Positions 37,188 to 50,615 of a stretch of 64,000 bases of DNA are shown here, piece by piece. This DNA is from Azolla caroliniana (lineage: Eukaryota > Plantae > Polypodiophyta): positions 10,416,001-10,480,000 of the forward strand of contig JBHGNT010000010.1 of NCBI GenBank assembly GCA_043228905.1, given 5' to 3'. A model generated the notes under the pieces. It was not told the DNA's origin, did no database searches, and saw only the letters and a list, made by a program, of their open reading frames with translations. The stretch's first letter is position 1, and each line of letters starts with the position of its first letter. The translations under genes were made by a program, and so were the position numbers.

Positions 37188-37329
37188 GGAGGGGCCTTAC
37201 AATGTGGGATAAATTTCCCCTCTTTATTCTAACACCATTTTACATTGTAAATGTGCACTTGTTGCACAACGCCGACTTGCCCATTCCATTCTGGTTTCAC
37301 ACCATAGCCGGAAATCTTCACGACAACGC

Positions 37330-39643
37330 ACTTCCGCTACACGTGTCATGTACGCATAGTGATGAGCCATGTACTCGTTGTATACGAACCACACAACAGG
37401 GTTCTTCTGGCGGGTAGATCGGCATAATTGCTCATTAACCGATGTTGAGGTCGTTTTGGCTGATGCGAGCTTCGTTCTTGAAGGCCCTTCATCGCTCTTC
37501 TCAGAGACGGATTCGCGTCGATCCGACTCATCCCTATCCGTGCCGTACTTTGGCATCTTCTTCTTTCCCTTTTCTTTGCGCGTGAGCCATCTCTTCGGCT
37601 TCCTGCACGGGGAATGCATGGCTGAGTCTCCACTACTCGCCGACTCTTCATCTGACTGGTCAAACCGACTTAGTCGCTCATTCGGTCCACTTAGCCGAAA
37701 TGAGATCGGACTCTCTTCAAGAGTTTTGACTTCGCGTTCATCAAGAGGCATCTAAGGCTCGCTGACCTCATCTTCAAAACTCGGATTGGAGTTGAGGTCC
37801 GGAGTCAGAGGCAAATACCAAGATGCGGACTCATCGAACACAACATTGCGACTTGTGTGAGCTTGTTTGGTTCGGGGGTTATAACACTTATAACCCTTCT
37901 GTTCATCCGAGTAGCCCACCAAGATACAGTTCTCAGCTTTCGCGTCTAGCTTCCTCTGCTTCTCCTTCAGCACATGCACATACGCGATGCTACCGAAAAC
38001 CTTCAAGTGTCGTAGATTCGACTTCCTTCCGAAATACAGCTCATGTGCCGACACTTTTTCTCTGATCCGATTCTAGATGTAGACAGCGGTTCGGACCGCT
38101 TCGGCCCAATAGAACTTGGGCATGCTCTTTTCTTCCAGCATTGCCCACGCTGCTTCCACAACCGATTGATTATTCCTTTCAGCTACGCCATTTTGCTCCA
38201 GTGTATACCTGCAACTGAATTAGTGCCGAATTCCCATTTGTTGTAGATAGCTGTTGAATTGGCCGGAAAAGTACACTTTTTCGCCATCCGACCGCAAGGA
38301 CTTGATCGTCCTCCCTGTTTCCCTTTCGACAAGATTTTTCAGGTTTCGGAAACAGTCGAAGACTTCACTCTTCTTTTTGTGGAGGTGTAGTCGTTGATGA
38401 AGGAGATGCAATATCGACTCCCGCCAAGACTCACGTTCTGTGTCGGTCCCTATACATTTGAATGTATCAAGTCGACCTTATTTTGGCTCCGATTATGTTC
38501 GTTTTGGAAAGGAAGTCAGTGTTGTTTCCCTAGTTGGCAGGCTTCACAGATTTGGGCCCTTCGATCACTGAATTTCGGCAATCTGAACACAACTTGTTTC
38601 GATTGCAAGTCTGGAAGCCTTTGGTAGTTGATGTGGCCTGTCCGCTTATGCCACAATTCGATATCCGACTCAACTTTTTGTCCTTTTGCGAACATGGCGG
38701 TGCCTACGTCATTGGTGTTGAGGATGAACATCCTCCGATCTCTGCGCCCTTGCGCAATAACTTGGCCTTCTTCCTCGATGAAGCACTCGAGATGCGTGAA
38801 CTGGACTTGCATCTCCTGATCGACGATCTATCCGACTGACACCAGATTCATCGTAATTGCCGGGACATCTAACACGTTCATTAGCTTCCCTTTTTGCCCG
38901 ACGTAGCTGAGGGGAACTTCACCGGCATGTACAATCGGATGCCGAGTGTCGTCTACTGTTGCAACTACTCCCGGTTGTTCCGGTTCTTCCAGATATGAGA
39001 ACCACTCTCTATGTTTCGTCATATGGTTTGACGCTCTGGAGTCAACATACCACACTTCGTCCGATTTCGGGGTGGTTTTCTTTATCGAGTTCACTTTGTG
39101 TCTTGTCACAAAGGTTGCCCCTTTCTGACTTTTTCGGATCCTTCGGCATAATGCGTCCGTTGCCGATTTCCCTGTTTGGTCGGTCCGGATTCGGATCCGG
39201 TTTTCTCCGAATCGGCATGCTTCTTCCAACACTTGCTCTCCTTGTGGCTTTTCTTGCCACGATACCAACATTCCGCCGTGTGTTTCCCTTGCCGGTTCTC
39301 GTTGCCTCCTCGACTCCCCCTGCTTCTGGAGGGTCCGAATCTACTGTCAGCATCACCACGATACCTTCTTCCTTGCTCCCGTCGGCTGCCTCCGTTGCGT
39401 GCCGACTCACCTCGTCCGCCACAATCACGGGGCCTATTTCCCTTTGTGTACAACATCTTGCTATCAACGTGCGTACTCGTCGACACACCAACGTGATTCT
39501 CCTCTACAAGGAGCATCGACTGCAAGTTGAAAAACGACGGTGTATTATCCCTTGTACAAATAGCAGTTCGGAATGCTCCGAACTTTGTTGCCAATCCTCC
39601 GACGCAGATCTGCACCATTTCGCGCTCCTCAACGTTCACATCG
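37330..39643 (-). pseudogene. Copia B gag (5' part deleted), protease and integrase
   Basis: WYVDSRASNHMT, LWHKRTGH, CEACQLGKQ, LRSDG, LKVFGSIAY; homologous to copia C and D. Confidence 0.9.
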
Positions 39644-40593
39644 GTTTCCGCACGTGGCCCAATTTACGCACCGATTCGGCCAATGTTGAGCTTTTATCTC
39701 AACAAGAAGGAAGGTGGTGGCGAGAGGACAAAGGCATTGGTGAATGATGGCACCGAATGAGCAATCAGGACATCGCGAAGATCGGCGGAGGCCAAGCAGG
39801 CCACTGCGGGTGTTGCTCGGACAAAGAGGATTGTAGGTATATGGCGATCAAAGGGCTAACGGAGGAATACGCGCACGAGAGGAGATTGCGATGAAATGAC
39901 TTGTCGACAAGTTGATCGAGCCTATGGAGAGGCAAATGCGGACAAAGGAATCAGAGCCGATGGTTTAGACCGACAGCGGCCAACACGACAGCCGGGGATG
40001 CAGATTACGGAAGACCGGTCGTTCACTACGGCCAGAATCCCTCACACTTCTTCGGATTTGGCATGTACCGGTGTCGCAGAAATACGACGAGGACACGTGA
40101 ACTTGAGGTTGGACCTTGGGGCCTCCGACCGGAGGATATCACCCTCGTGCGTTTATATTTTTAACAATTAATGGAAAGAAGAAATTTAATAATTTTTCAT
40201 TAGCAAAGGAAAAGAAATTTCAATCTGTCCCAAGATTGGGATTCAGAAGTTTTAGGTTTACTGAGATTAATAGAAAAGAAAAATTAGGGGTTTGGAGAGA
40301 TATGGCTCCCGTAGGGAAAATTAGGGTTTTTAGCTTCCGTAAGGAAATTAGGAATTATGAGAGATATGGCTTCCATAAGGAAAATTAGGGTTTATGAGTG
40401 TTATGGCTCCGCGAGATAAGGGAACCGAGAAGGAAAAGAAAAATAATAAAATGGAGAGAGGATGAGTGTAGGAAAAAAAAAATGGAATTTTATATGGAGT
40501 TCTCTGTTGATCATAGCCTTCAATGTTACTTTGCATGCCCACTTTTAGTCGCATGGCCTCTACTTTTAGTTGCATGCCTTTTTCTTTTAGTTC

Positions 40594-43500
40594 TGTAAGA
40601 AATAGCGTGCAGAAGCAAGTATGAAGACAGAATAGAGGAAGGAAACTCAGGTTCAATGGAGAGCTTGGGCTTACACGATATACGCGGGAGAGACAAAGAG
40701 AGAAACACAGAAAACTCTATATTCAATAATAATACTCAGTCTGTACATAAGACGTGCTCAGTGAGCACTTTTATACAAGTCCTCGAAGGACTGACCGAAG
40801 TACTGACAGTACTTCAATGCTCATCAAGAGCCCCTACACTAACTCCCAAATATATTCCTCACGGAATATCTTTGCTAACGACCTCCCGGTTTACGCACTC
40901 GGCCTAACTGATCGGTCCCAACCGATCCAGTCCTCGGCTTCTTCAGCCGATCCGGCCGATGTTGAGCTTGTCTCTCAACACTCCCACTCAAGCTCAACTT
41001 GAGGCTCTTCGGGATCTTCACAGCACCGGTTCCTCCTGGCTTCACGCCTCGCTCGCGCTCCTCGACCTGTTCGACTCCGCGCGCTTCGACCCTTCCGGTC
41101 GGCTTGTCTGCTCATGCGGCCCTTGTCAGCTCTTCTGCTGTTGCGGTGTTGACGCTTCTTCTACTGCCTTTTCTTCCGCTTGGGCCTCGGTTGATTCATC
41201 GTGTCGGAATCAAACATCCGAACCGACTCGGCTACCTCCGATCGGTTTTCGCTCTCGTCCGAGTTGGCTGTCTCCAACTCGTCTTCGGTCTTCTCGCCTT
41301 CGATGGCGTCATCTTCCCCATGCGTGGTTGGCATCGGCTCTCTCCTTCGGCTGCTCCCCTTCTGTCCGCCTTTGGACTTTTCCGTGGGTCCGCCCTCGGC
41401 TTCTTCAACCGATTCGAACTCGAACTCGACAACCGAATCTACCGACTCAGACTCGGTGTCACGGTCTCCGCTCCTTTCCTACTGCCTTGCTTGGTCGTTC
41501 GGGACTGTTCTCCCCCTCAAGTTCGGCACATCGAGGTGACGCAACCCGAGCGCACCTGAGAATTGCCGCAACTTGTCCAGACCAAGAGGCTTGGTGAAGA
41601 TGTCGGCAATCTGCCGATCCGTCGGAACGTACTGAAGTTCGACTTCACCGGAAAGGACACGCTAACGGACGAAATGATAGTGCACCTCAATGTGCTTGGT
41701 CCGTGCGTGGAAAACGGGGTTTTTCGCGAGCTGGATGCTGCTGAGGTTGTCGCAGTAGATCGTCGTCGAATCTGACACCTCCACTTGCAGATCCTTAAGC
41801 AGTCGCTTCGACCATATGGCTTCGCAAGTCGCGATAGCCGCTCCTCGGTACTCAGCTTCGGTGCTCGACAGTGCAACTGTCGGCTGCTTCTTACTGCTCC
41901 ACGCGATCGCGACACTCCCGAGGGAGAACGCGTATCCAGACGTGGATCGGCAATCGGCGGCGTTGCCAGCCCAATCAGCATCGGTGTAGCTGACTAACTG
42001 CGCGGCTGCACCGGTCCGATATAGCAGTCCCCGGTCTTTAGTGTCGTTGACATACCGAAGTATGCGTTGTGCGCACTGAAGGTGCTCCTCGGTAGGTCGC
42101 GCCATGAACTGACTGATCACCCCAACCGGGTAACTGAGGTCGGGTCGGGTGATTGTCAAGTATATGAGGCTTCCGACAATTTGTCGGAACCTCGTCGGGT
42201 CGCATACCTTTCCCGTAACGGGACGAAGCTTGACGGTTCTATCCAGAGGAGTCGAGATGGACTTACAGTCGGCCAGCCCGAGTTTGAAGAGCATACTCAG
42301 CACGTAATGACGTTGGCTGATCAATATGCCTTCGGGGGTACGGATCACTTCGATCCCGAGGAAGTAATGAAGGTCCCCCAGATCCTTCATGTCGAACAAT
42401 GCCGCAAGCTGGAGCTTCACGCGGTCGATTTCACCTAGGTCGGCGTCGGTGATGACCAAGTCATCAACATAAAGTAAAATACTAACCGGTCCGAGTCGAC
42501 CTTTCCGGATGACTAGGGAAGAGTCCAATTTGGACGTGACGAAGCCCATCCGACGCAATTGTTGCGTGATCTTCGCGTTCCAGGCACGCGGGGCTTGCTT
42601 CAGTCCGTTAAGGGACTTCTTCAGTCGGCATATTGCCGAGGAGTTCGTTCCAGAGTGAAATCCGGGGGGATGTACCATGTACACATGTTCCTCAAGGTCA
42701 CCTTGTAGGAACGCATTCTTTACATCCATCTGATGTAAGTGCCACCCCTTCGCCGCAGCTACTTCGAGCAAAACACGCACGGTCGTCATTTTCGCGACCG
42801 GCGCAAACGTCTCGTCGTAGTCGATGCCGTGTTTCTGCGCGTAGCCCTTTGCCACTAGCCGAGCCTTGTACCGGTTGACCGAGCCATCGGTGTTGTACCT
42901 GACCTTTTACACCCACCTACACCCGATCGGCTTCACACCCTTCGGTGCGTCAACCAGGTCCTAGGTCTCGTTCTCCACCAATGTGTGCATCTCTTCCTCC
43001 ATTGCGGCGCACCAATTCGCGTCCTTCGCCGCCTCTGCGTAGCTCTCTGGCTCACGCACTTCCGCTACACGGGTCATGTACGCATAATGATGCGCCATGT
43101 ACTCATTGTATCCGAACCGCAAAACAGGATTCTTCTGGCGGGTAGATCGGCGTAATCTCACATTAGCAGATGTCGAGGCCTTCTCGGTCGACGCGGTCTT
43201 CATCTTTAAAGACCTGTCACCGGTTCCCTCGGAGTCGGACTCACGTTGGTGTGACTCGTTCCTTTCCGTGCCGGAATCCGACACCTTCTTCTTCCCTTTC
43301 TCTTTGCGTGTAAGCCGTCTCCTCGGCTTCCTGCGCGGGGAATGCACGACCGAGTCTCCACTACTCGCCGGCTCTTCATCAGACTAATCATACCGGCTCA
43401 GTCGTCCAATCGGTCCACTTAAGCGGAGTGAAATCGAACTCTCTTCGCGGGTCTCGATTTCCGGCTCATCTGGAGGCATCTCGGCCTCGCTGACCTCATC

Positions 43501-46198
43501 GTCAGAACACGGATTGGACTCGGGGTTCGGAGTCGGGGGCTTGTACTAGGACGCGGACTCGTCAACCACAACGTCGCGGCTAACACGCGCTTGTTTGGTG
43601 CGAGGGTTATAGCACTTCTAACCCTTCTGCTCGTTCGAGTAACCGACCAAGATGCATTTCTCGGCCTTTGCGTCCAGCTTCCTCCTTTTCTCCTTCGGTA
43701 CATGCACATACGCAATGCTACCGAACACCCTCAAGTGTCGCAAGTTCGGCTTCGTTCCGAAATATAGCTCGTGCGCTGACACTTTGTCTCCGATCCGGTT
43801 CTGGATGTATACCGCGGTCTTTACCGCCTCGACCCAGTAGAACTTGGGAAGGCTCTTCTCCTCCAGCATTGCCCGTGCCGCTTCCACAATCGACCGGTTC
43901 TTCCTCTCGGCCACGCCGTTCTGCTCTGGTGTGTATCTACAACTGAATTCGCGCCGAATTCCCATTTGTTGTAGATAACCGTTGAATTGACCGGAAAAGT
44001 ACTCTTTTCCGCCATCCGACCGCAGACACTTGATCTTTCGTCCCGTTTCGGTTTCCACGAACCCTTTGAGGTCCCGGAAACAGTTGAAGACTTAGCTCTT
44101 CCTCTCAATGAGGTAGATCCACGTGTGTTGCGTGTGGTCATCGATGAAGGAGACGAAATATCGGCTCCCGCCAAGACTAACGTTTTGTCTCGGCCCCCAC
44201 ACATCGGAGTGTATAAGGTCGAGCTTGTTCCGGCTCCGGTTTCGCTCGTTGGGGAAAGGAAGTCGGCGTTGCTTCCCGAGCTGGCAGGCTTCACAAATTT
44301 GTGCCTTTCGGCCACTAAATTTGGGCAATCCAAACACTACCTATTTCGATTGCAGATCTTGAAGCCGCTGGTGGTTGACGTGGCCTATCCGCTTGTGCCA
44401 CAAGTTGATGTCCGACTCGGTCTTTTGTCCCTTCGCGAACATTGCAGTGCCGCCGTCAGTGGAGTCGAGGATGAACATCCTCCCGTCTCTACGCCCTTGC
44501 GCAATCACCCGGCCTTCTTCCTCAATGAAGCACCCGAGGTGTGTAAACCGAACCTCCATCCCTTGGTCGACGATCTGTCCGACCGAGACCAAGTTCTTCG
44601 TGATTGTCAGAACGTGCAGCACGTTCATGAGTTTCCCTTTCTGCCCGACATGGCTAAGGGGAACTTCTCCAACATTCGCGATCGGATGCGGAGTGTCGTC
44701 TCCTGTTGCGACTACTCCCGGGTGTATCGGTTTTTCAAGGTACGAGAACCACTCCTTATGGCTCGTCATTTGGTTTGACGCGCCGGAGTCTACGTACCAC
44801 ACCTTGTCCGATCTCGGGGTGCTCTGTTTCTTTGGCGTAGTGCGATTGCTGTCGATTTCCCTTGTCAGTATCTCTGGAGCCATTTCTCTCCGAATCAGCG
44901 CGCTTCTTCGAGCACTCACTTTCCTTGTGGCCTTTCTTGCCACAGTACCAGCACTCCGCGATGGCCTTCCCTTGCCGGTTCTCATCGCTTCAACTCCCCC
45001 TGTTTCTGGAGGGTCCGGAGTTGCTGTCGGCATCACTTCGGTGCCTTCTTCCTTGATCTCGTCGGCCGCTTCTATTGCGTACCGACTCGCCTCGTCCACC
45101 ACGACCACGGGGCCTTTCTCCCTCCGTGTACAACATCTTGCTGTCGGTGTGCGTGCTCGTCGACGCACCCGCGTGGTTCTCCTCTACCAGGAGCATCGAC
45201 TGTAAGTCGAAAAAGGACGGCGTATTCTCCCGGGTACACACAGCCGTTCGGAACACTCCGAACTTCGACGCCAAACCTCCGAGACAGATCTGGACCATCT
45301 CGCTCTCCTCGATGTTCACTTCTATGGAGGCGAGGGAGTCGTAGATATCCTTGATCTTCGAGGTATAGTCCGCCACCGACAAGTCGCGTTGTCGTAGGTT
45401 GCTCAACTCCTGTCGGAGCTGAAGCTTCCTGGTTGTGGTGCTCGCGGCGAAAATCTTCTTCAGATTTTCCCATGCACCCTTCGGCGTCTTTGCATCCCGA
45501 ACATAGCTCAGTAGTTGTTCGCCCACACACGATGCGAAGCAGTACAATACCTTGCTCGCCGATTGCACCCACGACGGGAAGTCTCTGTGTGTCGATTCGG
45601 GTGCCGCGTCATTAGCTCCTTCGACATAACTCCAGTAGTCATGCCCAAGCAGGTACTGGTGCATCTTGTAAGACCAAGACTCGTAGTTGGTTCGGTCGAG
45701 CTTCTCTGTTGGAAGCGAGCTCGCCATGCCTCTATCCATCGTTCTTCTTGTTCTTCTTCGTCAAGCTGTGTCGGCTGCAGAGAGGTTCTCAACCCTCGCG
45801 CTCTGATACCATGTAAAAAATAGCGTGCGGAAGCAGGTATGAAGACAGAACAGAGGAAGGAAACTCAGGTTCAATGGAGAGCTTGGGCTTACACGATATA
45901 CGCGGGAGAGACAAAGAGAGAAACACAGAAAACTCTATATTCAATAATAATACTCAGTTTGTACATAAGACGTGCTCAGTGAGCACTTTTATACAAGTCC
46001 TCGAAGGACTGACCGAAGTACTGACAGTACTTCAATGCTCATCAAGAGCCCCTACACTAACTCCCAAATATATTCCTCACGGAATATCTTTGCTAACGAC
46101 CTCCCGGTTTACGCACTCGGCCTAACCGATCGGTCCCAACCGATCCGGTCCTCGGCTTCTTCAGCCGATCCGGCCGATGTTGAGCTTGTCTCTCAACA
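40594..46198 (-). mobile_element. Copia D: full-length decayed Ty1/Copia
   Basis: 387-bp LTRs 40594-40980 and 45812-46198; TSD AGTTC; PBS TGGTATCAGAGC at 45800-45811. Confidence 0.95.
40981..45739 (-). pseudogene. Copia D gag-pol with charged C-terminal extension
   Basis: EKLDRTNYESWSYKM, WYVDSGASN, TPEQNGVAERKNR, LLYVDDL, KHIEVHYHFVR; stops and a deletion near 44820-44890. Confidence 0.94.
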
Positions 46199-46973
46199 AG
46201 TTCCATGCGACCATCCACATGGCCTTTACTTTAGTCTCTTTTACTTTACTTTAATTTGCCACATGATCCTATCATCCATTCGTCTCGATCGTTGCCCATC
46301 CAATCCGTCTGGTCCGCGTCCAGCCTCGTCCGGTCGCCGGCTTCGCCCGGTTTCCGACACCATCCTATTGCCGGTTTCGCCGGTCCTGATTTGATTACCG
46401 GCCGGTTCCGGTTTGCTTTTCGGTCGGTTCCGGTTTTCTCTTCAACCGGTTCCAACCGGTTTTCTCTCGACCAGTTTCGGTTTGCTTTTCGGAACGGTTC
46501 CGATTTGCTTACTAGCCGGTTCCGCTTTGTTTTCGGCCGGTTTCGATTAGCTTTCCGACCAGTTCGAGTTTGGTTTTTTGGTAACTTGGCCATATTCATC
46601 CATATAGACAAAGTGGCCAAATTGCTCTTAGCACAAATGAAAAATGAGGGATCTCAATGTGCTTATATAGCCAGGGCCTTAACTTTCCTATCTATGTGGG
46701 ATATTTCACAGTTTTATTTTTCTCTTTTTCTTTTGCAAAACTTTATACCCACATAAGTTGACACTTAGATGTCCTTTTCTTATGTAGTAAAGTGCATCCG
46801 AAAGCTCTTCAAGACCTCCGTCTTTTTGTACTAAGATATTAAACTTAAAATTAGTATCGTCACTATTATTGTTTTATATGAATCACACTCGATTTCGTAC
46901 ATTTTATGTGATTTTCACACCGTTGCCGAAAATCTTCACGACACCGGTGGACGTGCATTTTGGTGGGGGCGGA

Positions 46974-47841
46974 TGTCGTGTAAATTCACGACCATAGTGA
47001 GAAAATCGGGGCTAATGGGAATATCGACGGTGTGTGGCGTGGGCACACACCCTTGTAAAAATGTGTAAAGATAATGGGGTGCCTTTATGGCGCCGAATAG
47101 GAGTTAAGTTGTGACAAAGAATCCCATGTAATATGGGATTTATCCCACATTGTAACGTCCCTCCCTCCTTGGGCTATAAAAATGAAGGGAGGGTCCCTTG
47201 TAAAGGGGTTGCCCAATTTTGAGTTAGGAGGGTATACCAGTTAGGTCTAAAGTATGGTAACATTTCTCTTGTTTCTTTCTTTCTTTCTTCCTTACTTTCT
47301 TTAGGGTTTCATCTAGGTCTTCTTCTTTGTCATCATGTGGGTTGAGTCTTCGTGTCTATTTAGGGTTTAGTTCGGTTAAGAGCTTGTATGTCCTAAGGGG
47401 TTTTCGCTTCTGCTTTGTCTCCTGTGCAAGACCCCGCTCGGTGCAACGAGCTCGAGAGCTCCCCGATCAGTGGCTTGGCAGCAGACTGTTGTTGTAACCT
47501 AACCTAACTTAGTTCGGCTCGAAGCCGGAGTTGTATCTCGCTCTTGTAAATATACATAAGTGAGGTATCGTGTGTCTGTGTCTGTGTCTATGACTTTAGA
47601 GTTTCTTCTTTCTGTTTCTGTACATAAGTAGCGTGTGTTGAGTCAATGTTGCACGTATGCTCTCTCTCTCCCTCTCTTGTGTTCGGTAGCCTTCGGTACG
47701 CGTTCGGAATCGCTTCGGTTTGCGCCACAACCGGTGCCGCCGAGACCGGAGAGAGTCGGTGTCCCAACATCCATCTCTTGCTCGTCTGAGACCCCTGTGG
47801 TCCTGCCCCCTTTCGACACGTACTCGCGGATTTCTACGACA
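46974..47841 (+). repeat. 3' LTR of element Y (868 bp)
   Basis: TGTCGTG after the PPT; TATAAA near 47175; ends TACTCGCGGATTTCTACGACA, like the X and G U5 ends. Confidence 0.8.
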
Positions 47842-50615
47842 ACGGGCGAAGACCAACATTGGTTCTCTTTGTATGAATGCATGTAAATAATGTAGGACTA
47901 GAAAATAGGAGTTAATGGGTACTTAAAGTCCCACACGGATAGAGAGGAAGGGAGTGAGTATGACGTGAGGTGATCAAGGAAATCTCTGTCCGAAGCAGCC
48001 AACTTAACTGCTTGATGTGAAAGCCCTCTCGCTCCTTGGTTTATAAATAGAGGGAGAGAGGATTGAGCAAGGATCAGCGTCTTGGAGGACGAAGTGTTGT
48101 CTCTCTCTCTCTCTCTTGTGCCCGGTTCTAGAAGGAAACCTATGCTGGCCTAGGAATCCAGTGAGCTCCCGACCAGAGGTTCTAGGAAGCTAATGTGTGG
48201 GTGTGTGGGAGCATCTCTCGTGAGTGCTAGGCTTTGTCATTGGCCACGCCCAGTTGTACTCATTGGTTCCTTGTTGATTGAGTTCCCTCTCATGTTGGGG
48301 TTTTTGTGTTGTTTGTACTTGTTGCCTCTTAACCGTGCTAGAGCTCACGTCTTAAGTCCCATTCCGACCTTTGTTTTGTGCACGTCGGAGTGTGCAGCCC
48401 ACGCGCCTACCGCTGCTTCTCGGCTTCCCGACCGGGCCTGAACCAACATAGCTATCCGGACCGATTCGGAGAAGCTAACCGAACCCCTGGGGTCCCGCCC
48501 GCTCTAACCATGCACACGGAATGGCGCGACATCTTGGTGAACCCGACGTGAGACAGGTGGTAGAGGAGTTTGAAGATGAGGGGAAGCCAGCTCGTTGAGG
48601 CAATGGTGGTAGCCGTTGACCGCCTGGTAAACTCTTGAGAGGGCACGGGTGCCCTTGATTGGGCCATCGAGGAAATCGTTGGCATGATAGGCCGATTCGG
48701 TGGGAGGAATGCGACAAGCTATCTCGAGGCCTATGGGCCGAGATGATAATGAGGGATATCCCGGAGGACAGACGATTGGTTGGATTCCCTCGAGTGGTGA
48801 CACCGAGCATTCATACGGAGGTTCTCGAGGTACAGGCTAGCTGTCGGAACTGGGAGGAGTTCAAAGGACGGCTCCTCGAGTGGTATGGTTTCGATGACTC
48901 GCTTCGGTTGTCGAAAAGGGAGTTCATGGAGTGGGTCGAGAGCCCCAGAAAGGGGAGGAACACGTCGGTGCTCCTCCAGGAGTTCGAAAAACGATTCGCT
49001 CGGCTCTCGGTGCTAGACCAGACCATGCTCAATACGAGTCGGGTCCTACTATTCATTAAGTTGGTTGACACGCTTGATCGGGAGAAGGTGGGTCTCCTGA
49101 TGGAGACGAATGAAGGACTCACGATTTATTGCACCGTGGTGAAATGGGTTTGTAGCCGTTTCGACAAACGGCGTGAATGGAGTGACACTGGTGCGTCATC
49201 AGTAGGCCTGGCCGCGAGAAAAAGGCTAGAAGAACCGATTCTGGCTCGGAAGGAAGAGACACCAAGGTGGATTGAGTCAAGCATGGTTCCGACCGACATG
49301 GTCAAGGGCCCATTCGGGGGGGCGACTCTGGAGGAGCTGATGAAGATGGTGCGTGATCTCCAAGTCGCGCAACCACGGAGAGATAGCGGGGGACAGTTGC
49401 GTGATCGCAGGCCTCTGGTCGACCAACGATGCATGTGGTGTGACGTCGTCGGCCACATCCTGAGGGACTGTGCCGATTTTGCGGCAACATGGTGTACCTT
49501 TGGAATGGAAGAGTACACGTCAGTGATACGCGGAGGGCCTTGGAGGTAAATACTGGCCATGGCGGAATGAAAAGGTTAATGGAGGAGGTTGCGGCACAGC
49601 ACGCCGAAACTGTCCATTACTCGGCATCAGCCGGCATCCGTGCCGAAGGTGAGGATAGCAAGACGACAAGAGACTCCAGGTTTTGGCCGCTGGTGCTGGA
49701 AGGCCTTTCCGGGGTAAAGTTGCGAAAGGAAGAGGTAGACCGCGCACTGAGGCGGGTCAAAGAGGGCACTGGATGGGACAATCCGGTAGAGGAGAAAACC
49801 GGCTTCATGGAAACTACGTGCCAGAACTATGAGGTTTTGGTGGAAGATAAACGAATCGGGAAAACAAAGCCAGACACGCCGGAACGGGTGCTTACACGGG
49901 TGAAGACCAACATTGGGTACTTTAAGGTCTCACACGGCGTGAGTCTGACATGAGGAGATCGAGGAAATCTATGTCCGAAGCGGCCAACATAACTACCTGA
50001 TGTGAAAGCCCTCTCTCTCCTTGGTCTATAAAAGGAGGGAGAGAGGATTGAGCAGGGATCAACGTTTTGGAGGACGAAGTGCTGCCAGTTTGAGTGTCGA
50101 GCTCTCTCTCTCTCTCCCTCTCTCTCTCTCTCTTGTACCTGGTTCTGGAAGGAAACCTATGCTTGCTCCGAAAGCTAGTGAGCTCCCGACCAGAGGTTCT
50201 TCATTCCATTTCCCTATGTGTGTGGGTGTGTGCGAGCGTCTCTCGTGAGCGCTAGGCTTTGTCACCGGCCACGCCCGGTGTACTCCTTGGTTCCCTGCTA
50301 ATCACTTGTTGATTGAGTTCCCTCTCGTGTTGGTGTTTTTGTGTTGTTCGTACTTGTTGCATGTTAACCGTGCCCGAGCTCACGTCTTATGTCCCGTTTC
50401 GACCTTTGTTGCATGCACGTCCGAGTATGCAGGCCCGCACGCTTGTCGTTGCTTCTCGGCTTCCCAACCGGGCCTGAACCGGCATAGCTATCCGGACCGA
50501 TCTGGAGAAGCTAACCCAACCGTAACAAGAGCCTTCCTTCTTCCTTTCCAACTCCTTGGTCCGAGACCCCCGCCATCCTACCCCCTCTAACACGTGCCCG
50601 TGAAATACCACGACA
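47842..50615 (+). mobile_element. Element W: truncated relative of Gypsy G (rest of 5' LTR to 48531, tRNA-Trp PBS 48535-48551, gag fragment to about 49860, partial 3' LTR to 50615)
   Basis: Two homologous LTR segments both ending CGACA; gag peptides AEMIMRDIPEDRRLVGFPRV and CMWCDVVGHILRDC match G. Confidence 0.8.

Larger units (their letters stand above)
4364..37325 (-). mobile_element. Element X: non-autonomous gag-only, tRNA-Trp-primed LTR element hosting copia A, copia C and chromovirus T
   Basis: LTRs at 4364-4915 and 25434-25855 plus 37193-37325. PBS 25412-25429; PPT complement TCCACCCCCACC at 4916. 4-bp TSD ATGC/ACGC with one CpG transition. No pol motifs in its own sequence. Confidence 0.88.
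2328..39704 (-). mobile_element. Copia B: decayed Ty1/Copia element split by the 33-kb insertion 4364-37325; both LTRs partly deleted
   Basis: TG at 2328, CA at 39704, TSD AGAAG at 2323-2327 and 39705-39709. The linker peptide VAEVR|ETESYAEAAK is continuous across the insertion. Confidence 0.88.
40072..46943 (-). mobile_element. Solo LTR Z (about 1.26 kb of own sequence) of the 4-bp-TSD Gypsy group, interrupted by copia D
   Basis: TGTCG...AAAATCTTCACGACA ends like the X and G LTRs; TSD CCGG (40068-40071, 46944-46947); no PBS or coding sequence inside. Confidence 0.82.
1..47841 (+). mobile_element. Element Y: 3' part of a probably non-autonomous Gypsy-derived LTR element (5' end outside the window); own sequence 1-2327, 39710-40071, 46948-47841
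   Basis: Sequence reads continuously across the TSDs of copia B (AGAAG) and solo LTR Z (CCGG). It ends in PPT TGGTGGGGGCGGA (46961-46973) and an LTR TGTCGTG...CGACA. It shares the 'LIPETSAV..ETGEMEGG' repeat with elements X and P. Confidence 0.75.
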
